NCBI GenBank assembly: GCA_016936615.1
Contig: JAFGXN010000131.1
Span: 1 to 60,169, forward strand
Reading direction: 5' to 3'
DNA from: Spirochaetales bacterium
GTDB lineage: Bacteria; Spirochaetota; Spirochaetia; JAFGXN01
DNA: 60,169 nt
The notes under the pieces were generated by a model. It was not told the DNA's origin and made no database searches. It saw only the letters and a program-made list of their open reading frames with translations. How positions within the stretch are numbered: the stretch's first letter is position 1; each line of letters begins with the position of its first letter. This document shows, piece after piece, positions 47,888-58,006 of this stretch. The translations under genes were made by a program, and so were the position numbers.

Positions 47888-49657
47888 ATGGGTACTTTGA
47901 AAAAATTACAAAAGTACATGGAGGGCAGAAAAATATTACTGCCCGGGGCGATAATTCTATCAGCAATAAGCACCTTAACAGGGATGCTACCATTCATATT
48001 CATTTGGTTGATTGTCAAGGAATTATTCGCATCGCAAAATGAATTCTCTCTAGGGCTTGTGAATACATATGCTTGGGCTGCATTGGCAACTGCTGTCGGA
48101 GGAGTTATTCTCTACTTCGTGGCTCTATCACTTTCACATCTTGCTGCCTTCAGAGTCGAAGTAACAATGCGCCGCAAGGCAATGGAAAGGGTAATAAGCA
48201 TGCCACTCGGCTTCTTCGACAACAACACAAGCGGAAAAATTCGGAAGATAATCGATGAAGACGCAAGCATCACTCACACCTTTCTCGCTCATCAACTACC
48301 TGACCTCGCAGGAACAATATTGATGCCACTTGTCTCATTGACTCTGATTCTCGTAGTTGATTGGCAACTCGGGCTAGCTTGCCTTATCCCAATAGTTGTA
48401 TCCACAGCTTTAATGGGATTTATGATGGGGAAAAAAGGTCAACACTTCATGAAGCAATATATGACTTCGCTTGAAGAGATGAACAACGAGGCAGTAGAAT
48501 ATGTCAGAGGGATTCCAGTAGTGAAAGTCTTTCAACAGACTGTCTTCTCTTTCAAAAGTTTCTACAACAGCATAATCAGATACAAAGAGATGGTATCAAG
48601 CTACACCCACATGTGGGAAAAACCAATGTCTGCCTATACTGAAATAATTCACAGCTTCGCATACATCTTAATCCCATTTTCAATCTTGATTATTGGAAAA
48701 ACTGGGGATTATGCAGGCATAATAACTAATCTTTTACTCTATCTTCTTGTAACACCTGTATTTGCTCAATCAATTATGAAATCGATGTACCTTAATCAAG
48801 CACTTGGACAGGCATCAGAGGCAATAAACCGAAGCGAGAACCTTACAAAAGATTACAAGCCGCTTGCCACTTCAAACAAAAGAGAAATCTCCAATCACGA
48901 TATTACATTTGAAGCTGTCTCCTTCGCCTACCCTGGTACAGACAAAAAGGCAGTGGATAATGTTAGTTTTTCTATGAAAAAAGGGCAAAAATTCGCACTT
49001 GTCGGTCCTTCTGGTAGCGGCAAGACTACTGTGGCTCGACTACTACCAAGATTCCGCGAAATAGACAAAGGATCAATCAAAATTGGAGGAATAGATCTAA
49101 ATGAGATTGGGCAGGATGAGTTAATGAAAAACATCTCATTTGTCTTTCAGAATACCAAACTTTTTCGACGCTCACTTCTTGAAAATATCAAATACGGCAA
49201 TGAAAACGCATCAATGCAAGATATCAAAAAGGCGCTCGAGCTTGCTCAATGCAACGAATTTATCAGCAGGCTGCCTAATGGGCTAGAGACAAAGATAGGG
49301 GTAGATGGAACCTACTTATCAGGCGGAGAACAACAGAGAATTGCTCTAGCTAGGGCAATCCTCAAGGATGCACCAATAATTGTCCTCGATGAGGCGACTG
49401 CATTCGCAGATCCAGAAAACGAACACTTGATCCACAAGGCTTTACAAAAATTAACAGAAGGAAAGACTGTGTTGATGATTGCTCACCGACTATCAAGCAT
49501 CACAGATGTCGATTCAATTATTGTTCTCAACGACGGAAAGATTGCAGAACAAGGTACACACCAACAACTTCTAGCTCAAAATGGTATTTACACAAAAATG
49601 TGGAGAGAATATCAAAAATCTATCAAATGGACAATCTCAAAGGAGTCAGTATGTTAA
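47888..49657 (+). CDS. ABC half-transporter (TMD+NBD), IrtA/YbtP-like
   Basis: SHLAAF, LAHQLPD, EYVRGIPVVK; GPSGSGKTT, LSGGEQQR, LDEATAFAD, IAHRL. Confidence 0.9.
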   Translation: MGTLKKLQKYMEGRKILLPGAIILSAISTLTGMLPFIFIWLIVKELFASQNEFSLGLVNTYAWAALATAVGGVILYFVALSLSHLAAFRVEVTMRRKAMERVISMPLGFFDNNTSGKIRKIIDEDASITHTFLAHQLPDLAGTILMPLVSLTLILVVDWQLGLACLIPIVVSTALMGFMMGKKGQHFMKQYMTSLEEMNNEAVEYVRGIPVVKVFQQTVFSFKSFYNSIIRYKEMVSSYTHMWEKPMSAYTEIIHSFAYILIPFSILIIGKTGDYAGIITNLLLYLLVTPVFAQSIMKSMYLNQALGQASEAINRSENLTKDYKPLATSNKREISNHDITFEAVSFAYPGTDKKAVDNVSFSMKKGQKFALVGPSGSGKTTVARLLPRFREIDKGSIKIGGIDLNEIGQDELMKNISFVFQNTKLFRRSLLENIKYGNENASMQDIKKALELAQCNEFISRLPNGLETKIGVDGTYLSGGEQQRIALARAILKDAPIIVLDEATAFADPENEHLIHKALQKLTEGKTVLMIAHRLSSITDVDSIIVLNDGKIAEQGTHQQLLAQNGIYTKMWREYQKSIKWTISKESVC

Positions 49658-51387
49658 ATTATATTCAACGCAGACTTGCTCTTTCTAAGAAAGGGGCAAA
49701 AGACTTTGTAAAAGGTACATTTTGGACAACAATACTAAATATAGCCATCATGTTTACAGCTTTTTACACTTTTATTTTCTTAAAGGAGTATATCCCGTCA
49801 ATATTTGCGCCAGACATCGCCCCAGCAAAGGGCGCTGGTTACTTCGCCCTACTAGCACTTGCACTCCTGGTAGTCTCATGGATAATAGCAGTAATCCAAT
49901 ATCGCAGCACCTTCTCTACAATCTATGACGAGAGTGCTAATCGCAGACTTAACCTTGCAGAGAAATTAAGAAAGCTCCCCCTTGCCTTCTTCGGCGAGAA
50001 AAACCTCTCAGATCTAACCTCGACAATAATGGCAGACAGCACAGATCTAGAGCACACATTTTCTCATGCAGTACCTCAGCTTTTTGCATCGATAATCGGC
50101 GTAATCTTAATTGCTATCGGAATGATCTCATACAACTGGCAACTTGGGTTAGCCCTCTTCTGGGTTGTTCCTGTTGCGACACTAATCCTTGTAATTTCGA
50201 AGAAAAAGCAGGGTCGTGGCAACAAGAACATCTATGAAAAAAAACGAGAAGTAACTCAAGAGATCCAAGAAGGGCTCGAGACAATCCAGGAGATAAAGTC
50301 ATATAACAACGAAGCCAAATACATGGCTGGTCTTTCGAAGAAGCTGGATGATTATGAAAAAAACCTCATTAAAGGTGAACTTCTAACTGGTGTTTTTGTA
50401 AATGGGGCTCAAAGTGTGCTGAAATTAGGACTGGCAACTGTAATAATCGCAGGGGCATCTCTCTATGCGGCAGGAAAAGTAGATCTTTTCACCTACTTAA
50501 TCTTCCTTGTCCTTGGCGCTAAGGTCTTTGACCCAGTTAATGAGGTCTTTAACAATCTAGCAGCCCTTTTCTACCTCGACATAAGAATCAACCGAGTGAG
50601 AGAGATGGAAAATCTTCCGATTCAAAGCGGAACAACAGAATTTAATCCAACAAATTACAATATCGAGTTTAGGAATGTAATTTTCTCATACGATAACGAC
50701 AATCAAGTCATACAAGGAATCAATTTTGTAGCAAACCAAGGAGAAGTTACTGCCCTTGTCGGACCTTCTGGTGGAGGAAAGACAACCGCAGCTAAGCTGG
50801 CAGCGAGATTCTGGGATATTGACTCAGGCGAGATCCTAATTGGTGGTCAAGATATCAGCAAGATAGACCCCGAGACCCTACTCAAGCACTTCTCAGTGGT
50901 CTTTCAAGATGTTACACTTTTTAATGCATCGATTTTAGACAATATCAGAATCGGCCGACAAGATGCAACCGACCATCAAGTAATTGAGGCTGCAAAACTT
51001 GCCCAATGCGATGAATTTGTCTCCCAACTACACGACGGCTACAAGACAATCATTGGCGAGAACGGCGACACCCTCTCAGGTGGAGAGAGGCAGCGAATTT
51101 CAATTGCTCGGGCACTACTCAAAGATGCTCCAATTATCCTGCTTGACGAGGCTACTGCTTCGCTTGATGTTGAGAACGAGACTAAGATCCAGCGAGGAAT
51201 CTCCGAGCTTATTCGCAACAAGACAGTTCTAGTAATTGCCCACCGGATGAGGACTGTATCAAATGCAGATCAAGTAGTTGTATTAAAAGATGGAAAAATT
51301 GTAGAATCTGGAAGGCCGCAAGAACTGCGTAGCCGTGATGGAGTCTTTGCGAAGATGGTCAACCGCCAGCTAGCAGAGGTGATCTAA
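49651..51387 (+). CDS. ABC half-transporter (TMD+NBD), IrtB/YbtQ-like partner
   Basis: Start moved to ATG 49651 (AAGGAG); AEKLRKLPL.FF; GPSGGGKTT, LSGGERQR, LDEATASLD, IAHR. Confidence 0.9.
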   Translation: MLNYIQRRLALSKKGAKDFVKGTFWTTILNIAIMFTAFYTFIFLKEYIPSIFAPDIAPAKGAGYFALLALALLVVSWIIAVIQYRSTFSTIYDESANRRLNLAEKLRKLPLAFFGEKNLSDLTSTIMADSTDLEHTFSHAVPQLFASIIGVILIAIGMISYNWQLGLALFWVVPVATLILVISKKKQGRGNKNIYEKKREVTQEIQEGLETIQEIKSYNNEAKYMAGLSKKLDDYEKNLIKGELLTGVFVNGAQSVLKLGLATVIIAGASLYAAGKVDLFTYLIFLVLGAKVFDPVNEVFNNLAALFYLDIRINRVREMENLPIQSGTTEFNPTNYNIEFRNVIFSYDNDNQVIQGINFVANQGEVTALVGPSGGGKTTAAKLAARFWDIDSGEILIGGQDISKIDPETLLKHFSVVFQDVTLFNASILDNIRIGRQDATDHQVIEAAKLAQCDEFVSQLHDGYKTIIGENGDTLSGGERQRISIARALLKDAPIILLDEATASLDVENETKIQRGISELIRNKTVLVIAHRMRTVSNADQVVVLKDGKIVESGRPQELRSRDGVFAKMVNRQLAEVI

Positions 51388-51400
51388 CACCGGGAACAGA

Positions 51401-51448
51401 GCCGCACCCCCGACAACGAAGTAACACTGTCGGGAGATGCGGTTTTTT
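51401..51448 (+). terminator. intrinsic terminator after ABC pair
   Basis: CCGCA.CCCGACA...TGTCGGG..TGCGG-T6. Confidence 0.7.
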
Positions 51449-51460
51449 ATATAGAAAAAA

Positions 51461-52273
51461 TTACAATTTACCTACAAAATTAGTTATTAGCTCGGTGAAT
51501 TTCTTGTTCACAGATGCAGCAGTGTCGATAACCTCCTGGTGAGTCAGTCGATGCTCCTGCATTCCTGCCGCCATGTTAGTGATGCAAGAGATTGCACAGA
51601 CTTCAATCCCGCAGGCATTTGCGACAACAGCCTCTGGAACAGTTGACATACCCACGGCAGATGCGCCGAGAACTGAGAATGCGCGGATCTCGGCTGGAGT
51701 CTCATATGTCGGACCGGTTGAATAGGCATATACTCCCTTTTTCAATTTTATCCCAAGCTCAGTTGCTACAGACTCAAGTTTGCGAATCATCTCTGCCTTG
51801 TAGATCTCACTCATGTCTGGGAATCGCTCTGTATATGAATTTTGTTTACCAATCAGGGGATTTTGTAGATTAAAACCTAGATGATCCTCAATCGCCATCA
51901 GATCGCCCTGCTCCACATTGTTCACGCCCCCTGCCGCATTTGTCAATATTAGATGCTGTATGCCGAGTTCTGCCATAATGTAGACTGGCAAGACAACAGA
52001 TTCGACAGGATAACCTTCATAGTAGTGAACACGGCCCTTCATCGCAAGAATAGGAACACCGTTCAATTTCCCGACGACAAAGCGGCCATCATGACCAGCA
52101 ACAGTAGATACCGGAAAGTTAGGAATATCTGAATAATCTAACGAGATCCTATCAGACATTTTCTCCACCAAATTTCCAAGCCCCGATCCTAGAACTATCG
52201 CAGTAGAAGGGATTTTCCCCATTTTCTCCTTGATTAGCTCTGCACAACTTTTAACAATCTCTTTTTTATGCAT
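51461..52273 (-). CDS. punA: purine nucleoside phosphorylase (trimeric type)
   Basis: VLGSGLG, STVAGH.G, GRVHYYEG, LTNAAGG, GPTYETPAE, VGMSTVPE, ITNMAAG; start moved to ATG 52273. Confidence 0.95.
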   Translation of the reverse strand: MHKKEIVKSCAELIKEKMGKIPSTAIVLGSGLGNLVEKMSDRISLDYSDIPNFPVSTVAGHDGRFVVGKLNGVPILAMKGRVHYYEGYPVESVVLPVYIMAELGIQHLILTNAAGGVNNVEQGDLMAIEDHLGFNLQNPLIGKQNSYTERFPDMSEIYKAEMIRKLESVATELGIKLKKGVYAYSTGPTYETPAEIRAFSVLGASAVGMSTVPEAVVANACGIEVCAISCITNMAAGMQEHRLTHQEVIDTAASVNKKFTELITNFVGKL

Positions 52274-52298
52274 AAATCCTCCAGAAATAGAAAAAAAT

Positions 52299-52322
52299 AA
52301 AAAGCAGGGGACACGCCCCTGC
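52299..52322 (-). terminator. terminator-like hairpin between OmpA-like gene and PNP
   Basis: Minus strand GCAGGGG-CGTGT-CCCCTGC-TTTTT. Confidence 0.7.
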
Positions 52323-52365
52323 ATATTTTCAAACTATCTGCTAATCAACATCTCTAAGAGAGCGG

Positions 52366-54351
52366 CTAGCCATCTATTTTTATTCCAGCTGAATCTTCCT
52401 CAACATCAGGAAGATCTTCACTAGCTTGATCCTCTTCTGGCGCATCTCCACTACTCTGAGGAACAGAATATCCCTCAAGAATATCAACATTTGAAGATGG
52501 ATCTGGCATTTTCTTCATTACAAACTCAACACGTCTATTCTTCCACCACACTGAAGGGTCAGTAGTAGAAACAATAGGAAATCTCCCACCATATGCAGAA
52601 GTAACAATGACCTCTTGGGGTATTCCGTTTTTAACCAGATACGCTTTTACTGTCTTATTTCTATTCTCGGTTAAAGGAACAAGAATCAACTCTTCCTCGT
52701 CCCAAGCAGCACTTCCAGGAGTAAAAACATTTAATGCATGCCCCTCTAATTCAAGAAGAAATCCAGGATACTTCTTGTAAATCTCGACAACCCTATCCAT
52801 AGAGCTAAGATTTATATTAAACTGCTCTTCACCAGCAGAATCCAACTCATATTGGTAAGCCTCGAAGACAATATTAGGAACCATCAGATATAATTTACCA
52901 TCTTTTTCAACAACAAGAAGCTCTAAATCCACAGACTTCTCAAAGACAGCAACATTTCCACCAAAGTCTTTCACCTCAAGTTTCATCTGATACTGTTCAA
53001 TATTATCTGCAGGAAGATTAGATCCATCCTCTTTTGTTGCATCCCATGAGATCTGAGTAGAAGGATCACCCTTTCCAGTATATGTCCTTACAACATTTCC
53101 ATCATTATCAACAATTTCAAGTGTCCAGAACTCTACACCAATATTATCCATAGCGTCGACAGTGATAAAGACCTCACCATCTGCATCGCCTTTCTCAGTC
53201 TTTACAAAAGGATTAGCTCTAGTAGCAAGACCCAACTCAGGAGGAGTATTGTCAACGTAGAAAGAGTCCTTTATTGTCGGTCTATTTCCATGATTATATT
53301 GAACAAAATACTCAAAATCATAGAGACCTTCAGGCAACAACTGCCCATTCTTATATATTCCATCAAGAACAATCTGCTGTGGCAAATTATTATCTCCAGA
53401 AACCTGCAAAACAATCTCTTGAGTCTCTGAATCTCTCAAAGACCACTGCCACAGTGAGTAGTTCTTCTCATACTCATGATACAACTTAATATCCAAAGTC
53501 TTATTAGGACCAGTTCCATTTGGAGAAAAACCTTGACTGTAGTAAACAGCAGTAATCTCAGTAGGAGTTGTATCTTTTACAATATTCTCAAACTTAATGA
53601 TTCCCGATTTGTTACCAGCAAGGTCCTCTGCTTGAATTTCATAAGAGTAGACACCATCAGCGACATTCATAGCCCTATCATCAGTTCCGTCCCAGAGAAT
53701 ATCCTTAGGCTCATCATCAATAAATCTGAAAGACCTGACAACCTGACCATTTGCATCTCTGATAAATGCTCGCCATAATCTCTCTTTAGATCCTTTTTGC
53801 TTAATCTCAAATGTATCTAGCAATCCATCAGCATTTGGAGAAAAGACATTTAGCTCAGGCTTAGCAATTTCCACGCTAGGTACATTTGTATCCACAACAA
53901 AGGTTCCAGCCTTTAACTCAGTTCGATTCTTCGACGAGTCAACAACCCAGATGCTTACAGTATACTCACCATCAGCAACAACCTTGCCATTGTCATCTTT
54001 TCCATCCCAGAAAATTTTCTTAGCTAAATCGAATTTTTCAAATTTCCTAAAAAAAGCAACAAAATTACTTAAATCATTTTGACCTTTCTCTGTATGTTCT
54101 TTAACTTTCTGTCCATTAGAATTCTTGATAACGTATCCATACTCGGGGATATAACCTTTTTCACTCTTTACAACAATATTTACATTGAAAGCTATTACCC
54201 CAGTATCCTGAACGCCATCATCATTTGGAGAAATATATATAATATCTGATTCTGCCTTAACTACCGGCATCTCCTTATTACTTGCTCCAAAAACAACATT
54301 TCCAAATACGAAAAGAAAAATAAAGGCTAAAAAATACTTATTATTTTTCAT
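52366..54351 (-). CDS. exported protein with FlgD-Ig-like repeats and C-terminal OmpA-like peptidoglycan-binding domain
   Basis: Signal peptide; repeats SPN.DG..D...WDG.D..G..VADG.Y; LEGHA...KNRRVEF; start moved to ATG 54351. Confidence 0.82.
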   Translation of the reverse strand: MKNNKYFLAFIFLFVFGNVVFGASNKEMPVVKAESDIIYISPNDDGVQDTGVIAFNVNIVVKSEKGYIPEYGYVIKNSNGQKVKEHTEKGQNDLSNFVAFFRKFEKFDLAKKIFWDGKDDNGKVVADGEYTVSIWVVDSSKNRTELKAGTFVVDTNVPSVEIAKPELNVFSPNADGLLDTFEIKQKGSKERLWRAFIRDANGQVVRSFRFIDDEPKDILWDGTDDRAMNVADGVYSYEIQAEDLAGNKSGIIKFENIVKDTTPTEITAVYYSQGFSPNGTGPNKTLDIKLYHEYEKNYSLWQWSLRDSETQEIVLQVSGDNNLPQQIVLDGIYKNGQLLPEGLYDFEYFVQYNHGNRPTIKDSFYVDNTPPELGLATRANPFVKTEKGDADGEVFITVDAMDNIGVEFWTLEIVDNDGNVVRTYTGKGDPSTQISWDATKEDGSNLPADNIEQYQMKLEVKDFGGNVAVFEKSVDLELLVVEKDGKLYLMVPNIVFEAYQYELDSAGEEQFNINLSSMDRVVEIYKKYPGFLLELEGHALNVFTPGSAAWDEEELILVPLTENRNKTVKAYLVKNGIPQEVIVTSAYGGRFPIVSTTDPSVWWKNRRVEFVMKKMPDPSSNVDILEGYSVPQSSGDAPEEDQASEDLPDVEEDSAGIKIDG

Positions 54352-54467
54352 AAAATCCTCCACTACTTTGACTATATCCCATTTTTTCCAATATTAAAAG
54401 CAAAAAAATCCTAAATTATCCAATCACCAAGATATTTAAGCTCCGCGCGGGAGCCTAAATCAAGATA

Positions 54468-56891
54468 CTAATCTACCTTCAACCCAAATCCAGCCTTCTC
54501 AAGAGACTTAACAACCTGATTGTAAGAGTTCTCAAGAAACTCCCTTGTCAAAGTTGCAGCTCTATCCTGAAAGACGGTTCGAACAGTAACATATTTCTTA
54601 GAAGAATCCTCCGGTTCAAAGATATCCGCAATCTTCACAGAAGCAATCTCCTTAATCTTCACCTTAGAGACAACCTCCACAAGCCTTGCTACTGGCTCGC
54701 CGGAAGGAACAACCACAGTACAATCAAAGGTCGAAGATGGGAACTTTGGCAACGGCAGATACTTCACATTGCTCGACAACTCGACATCCATCACATTTGA
54801 CAAATCTACCACCGCAAGGCTCAAAAATCCCTTCATCTTGAACTCAGACATCAGACTTGGATGGACAGTAAAGATCTGCGCAAAAGGCTTGCCCATCGCA
54901 GAGACTCCAACATTCTCAAACGGATGAATCCCCACCCATGAAGAAGGAACAATCTGCTCAAGACTCTTCTGCTCAAATCTAGGCCGCAACCTCAACACAG
55001 AACATAGCTCTTCAATCTTATCCTGAAGCTCCATAAATGGTGTAGCCTTCTTACTAAAAGCTCCCACAAGAAGTACCGGCTTCTCGACAGCAAACTCACC
55101 ACCAGCATGATAACTGCGCCCAAACTCAAAAAACCTAAAATCAGAATAATTCTTCACATTCTCAGCACAAGCCTTCAAGACCCCAGGAATCAACGACGGT
55201 CTCATCCTATCCGCGTCACGCGAAATCGAATTGACAAGCACAAGCTCCTCGTTCAACTCAGGCCACTGAGCCTTCTTCAAAAGAGCCTCACCGACCATCG
55301 GATATGTCATAATCTCAAGAGCCTTGTATGAATAGACAAGGAAATCCTTGATTCGTCGTTCTTTCTGCTTCGCAGGAGAGAGCCTCACTGTAGTTAGCGA
55401 AGACTCTGGCGCAACTGGTGTAATATTATCAAACCCGATAATTCTACCGATTTCTTCTATAATATCAGCTTCACAGGAGACATCCTTTGTAGCTCTGAAG
55501 CTTGGAACAGTTATAGAGAGCTTATCGCCTTTTTTTTCTACCAAAAAAGCTAATCTTTGCAAGATATCAACAATTTCAGCTTCGTCAACAAATATTCCTA
55601 AGGTATCAGTTATTGTCTTAGCCGAAGTAGTAATCATCACAGGAGAGTAAGGCTTTGAATCAACTCCGCCGAACTCAATATCTCCCTCGACAACAGCATC
55701 CGGACAGATCTGACAAATCAAATCAATAATTCTGTACATAGCAAGTTTACACTGCTGACTATCAAGGTGCTTCTCAAATCTCAATGAAGAATCAGTTCTA
55801 AGTCCAATTCGAGTAGAAGTCTTTCTAATCATTGCATCAACCCAATTTGCAGTCTCAATAAATAGCTCTGTTGTAGAATCAGAGACTCCACTATTCAAGC
55901 CACCCATAATTCCTGCAATTGCAAGAGGACGTTCTGCATCACAGACCATGCTGTCTGTCGGCTCAAGGTTTCTCACAGCTTCATCAAGTGTTACAAACTC
56001 TTTATCTTCGCCAGCCTGGCGTATAACAATCTTATTACCTTTTATCTCACTCAAATCAAAGATGTGGTTAGGCATTCCAAGCTCAAGCATTACAAAGTTG
56101 GAAATATCAACAATGTTATTGATCGATCTCAAACCAGCAGAAGATAATCTATTCTTCAACCAGTCTGGACTCTGTCCAACCTTGACATTTTTCACAACCG
56201 CAGAGCAATAAGCTAGGCAGGCAGTTCCATCTTCGATAACTCGCTCAACTTGAGATTTGCCCTTAACAATCTTAGACTCAATCGCAGACTTCCACTCAGC
56301 AGAGAAAGGATCTTTCAACTCTTTCTTGAAAACGGTTGCAAACTCTCTAGCCATTCCATAATGACCCCAGAGATCAGGTCTATGAGTAATTGATTTGTTA
56401 TCAATGTCAAAAATTATATCTGTTTCAATGCCAAGATATTTGCTCAAAGGCATGCCGACTGGTGCGTCTTCAGGAAATTCCTTCAATCCGTAATCATCAT
56501 CCCCGATTGCAAGCTCTGTCTCGCCACAAAGCATTCCACAACTCTCGACACCACGAATCTTCCGTGGCTCAATGGCAAAATCCCCCGGAAGAACCGCCCA
56601 GACTGGCGCATATGGAACTAGAATCCCAGGTCTAACATTTGGTGCGCCACAGACAATAGTCGCACTCTCGCCGTTGCCAAGGTCTACAGTCGCCAACCTT
56701 AATTTATCAGCAGAAGGATGAGGCTCTACCCCAGTTACCTTCACGATTTTTACCAAATCAAAATATTGATTTATAGCCTCTACCTTCTCAACTTCACAAG
56801 TAGCAAGGGTGAATTTCTCTCCAAGCTCCTGCTTAGTAATATTTTCAGGCAGATCTACATATTGTTTAATCCAATTTATCGAAACAAGCAC
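54468..56891 (-). CDS. pheT: phenylalanine--tRNA ligase beta subunit
   Basis: HPSADKL, IVCGAPNV, GVESCGMLC, THRPDL..H.G.ARE, INNIVDISN, DIIEEIGRI.G. Confidence 0.96.
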   Translation of the reverse strand: MLVSINWIKQYVDLPENITKQELGEKFTLATCEVEKVEAINQYFDLVKIVKVTGVEPHPSADKLRLATVDLGNGESATIVCGAPNVRPGILVPYAPVWAVLPGDFAIEPRKIRGVESCGMLCGETELAIGDDDYGLKEFPEDAPVGMPLSKYLGIETDIIFDIDNKSITHRPDLWGHYGMAREFATVFKKELKDPFSAEWKSAIESKIVKGKSQVERVIEDGTACLAYCSAVVKNVKVGQSPDWLKNRLSSAGLRSINNIVDISNFVMLELGMPNHIFDLSEIKGNKIVIRQAGEDKEFVTLDEAVRNLEPTDSMVCDAERPLAIAGIMGGLNSGVSDSTTELFIETANWVDAMIRKTSTRIGLRTDSSLRFEKHLDSQQCKLAMYRIIDLICQICPDAVVEGDIEFGGVDSKPYSPVMITTSAKTITDTLGIFVDEAEIVDILQRLAFLVEKKGDKLSITVPSFRATKDVSCEADIIEEIGRIIGFDNITPVAPESSLTTVRLSPAKQKERRIKDFLVYSYKALEIMTYPMVGEALLKKAQWPELNEELVLVNSISRDADRMRPSLIPGVLKACAENVKNYSDFRFFEFGRSYHAGGEFAVEKPVLLVGAFSKKATPFMELQDKIEELCSVLRLRPRFEQKSLEQIVPSSWVGIHPFENVGVSAMGKPFAQIFTVHPSLMSEFKMKGFLSLAVVDLSNVMDVELSSNVKYLPLPKFPSSTFDCTVVVPSGEPVARLVEVVSKVKIKEIASVKIADIFEPEDSSKKYVTVRTVFQDRAATLTREFLENSYNQVVKSLEKAGFGLKVD

Positions 56892-56908
56892 AGTATTCTC
56901 CTTTTTCC

Positions 56909-57952
56909 TTAAAACTCAGCGAACTGAGAGACAAATCTCAAATCGCCGCTATGAAGATTTCTTATATCATCAATCCCGTATCGCATCATAACCAATCTAT
57001 CAAGACCAAGTCCGAACGCAAAACCATTGTACTTCGAAGTATCAATATTTCCGTACTTAAGAACATTTGGATGAACCATACCGCAAGGAAGAAGCTCAAC
57101 CCAACCAGACTGCTTACAGACACTACAACCTTTACCACCACAGATTAGACACTCAATATCTAGCTCAAATCCCGGCTCAACAAATGGGAAAAACCCAGGT
57201 CTAAGTCGTACATTAGTCTCTTTTTTAAAGATTTCACTCAATAAAGTCTTCATAAAATAGATTAAATTCGCAACAGAGATATTCTCTCCGACCATCATTC
57301 CTTCAAGCTGGTGAAAGACCATCTCATGACTCGCATCTGTAGCCTCACATCGGAAGACCTTACCAGGGCCGACAAACTTGAAAGGAGGTTGCTTAGACTC
57401 CATACCTCGAACCTGGATTGAAGAAGTATGAGTTCGAAGCAAATGCTTCATATCCTTGAACCAGAAAGTATCTTGCATATCACGAGCTGGATGATTTGCT
57501 GGAATATTCAAGGCCTCAAAGTTATGGTAATCATCTTCTATATGTGGTCCATCAAGAATATCAAACCCCATTGACACGAAAATATCTTCAATCTCACGCT
57601 GAATAGCTGAAACAGGGTGAAACCCGGCAGAAGAGAGACCCTTATCCTGCAAAGAGGATCTCAAACTAATATCAATCTTCTTTTTCTCAAGATTCTTATT
57701 TATCTCCTCCAACTCAAACGACTTAATCTTCTCTGTAATCATCTGCTCAACTTCACCCTTGAGCAAATTAGAATCCTTTCCAACCTGTTGCTTTGTCTCT
57801 ACGTCAGCATCTTTAAGCGACTTGAGAATCAACCCGATCTTACCAGACTTCCCGACATACTCCGACTTCAAGTTCATCAAACTAGCCTTATCTTTTACTT
57901 GAGAAAAAGCCAATTCAAACTCATCTTTAATCTTTTGAACAATCTCTACCAT
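56909..57952 (-). CDS. pheS: phenylalanine--tRNA ligase alpha subunit
   Basis: NFEALNIP..HPARDMQDTF, LRTHTS, FHQLEG, FFPFVEP, FAFGLGLDRL; start moved to ATG 57952. Confidence 0.97.
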   Translation of the reverse strand: MVEIVQKIKDEFELAFSQVKDKASLMNLKSEYVGKSGKIGLILKSLKDADVETKQQVGKDSNLLKGEVEQMITEKIKSFELEEINKNLEKKKIDISLRSSLQDKGLSSAGFHPVSAIQREIEDIFVSMGFDILDGPHIEDDYHNFEALNIPANHPARDMQDTFWFKDMKHLLRTHTSSIQVRGMESKQPPFKFVGPGKVFRCEATDASHEMVFHQLEGMMVGENISVANLIYFMKTLLSEIFKKETNVRLRPGFFPFVEPGFELDIECLICGGKGCSVCKQSGWVELLPCGMVHPNVLKYGNIDTSKYNGFAFGLGLDRLVMMRYGIDDIRNLHSGDLRFVSQFAEF

Positions 57953-58006
57953 TTCTAGAACTCCATATTTGTTGCAATTTACCAATCATGGTAAAAGCAT
58001 ATTTTG

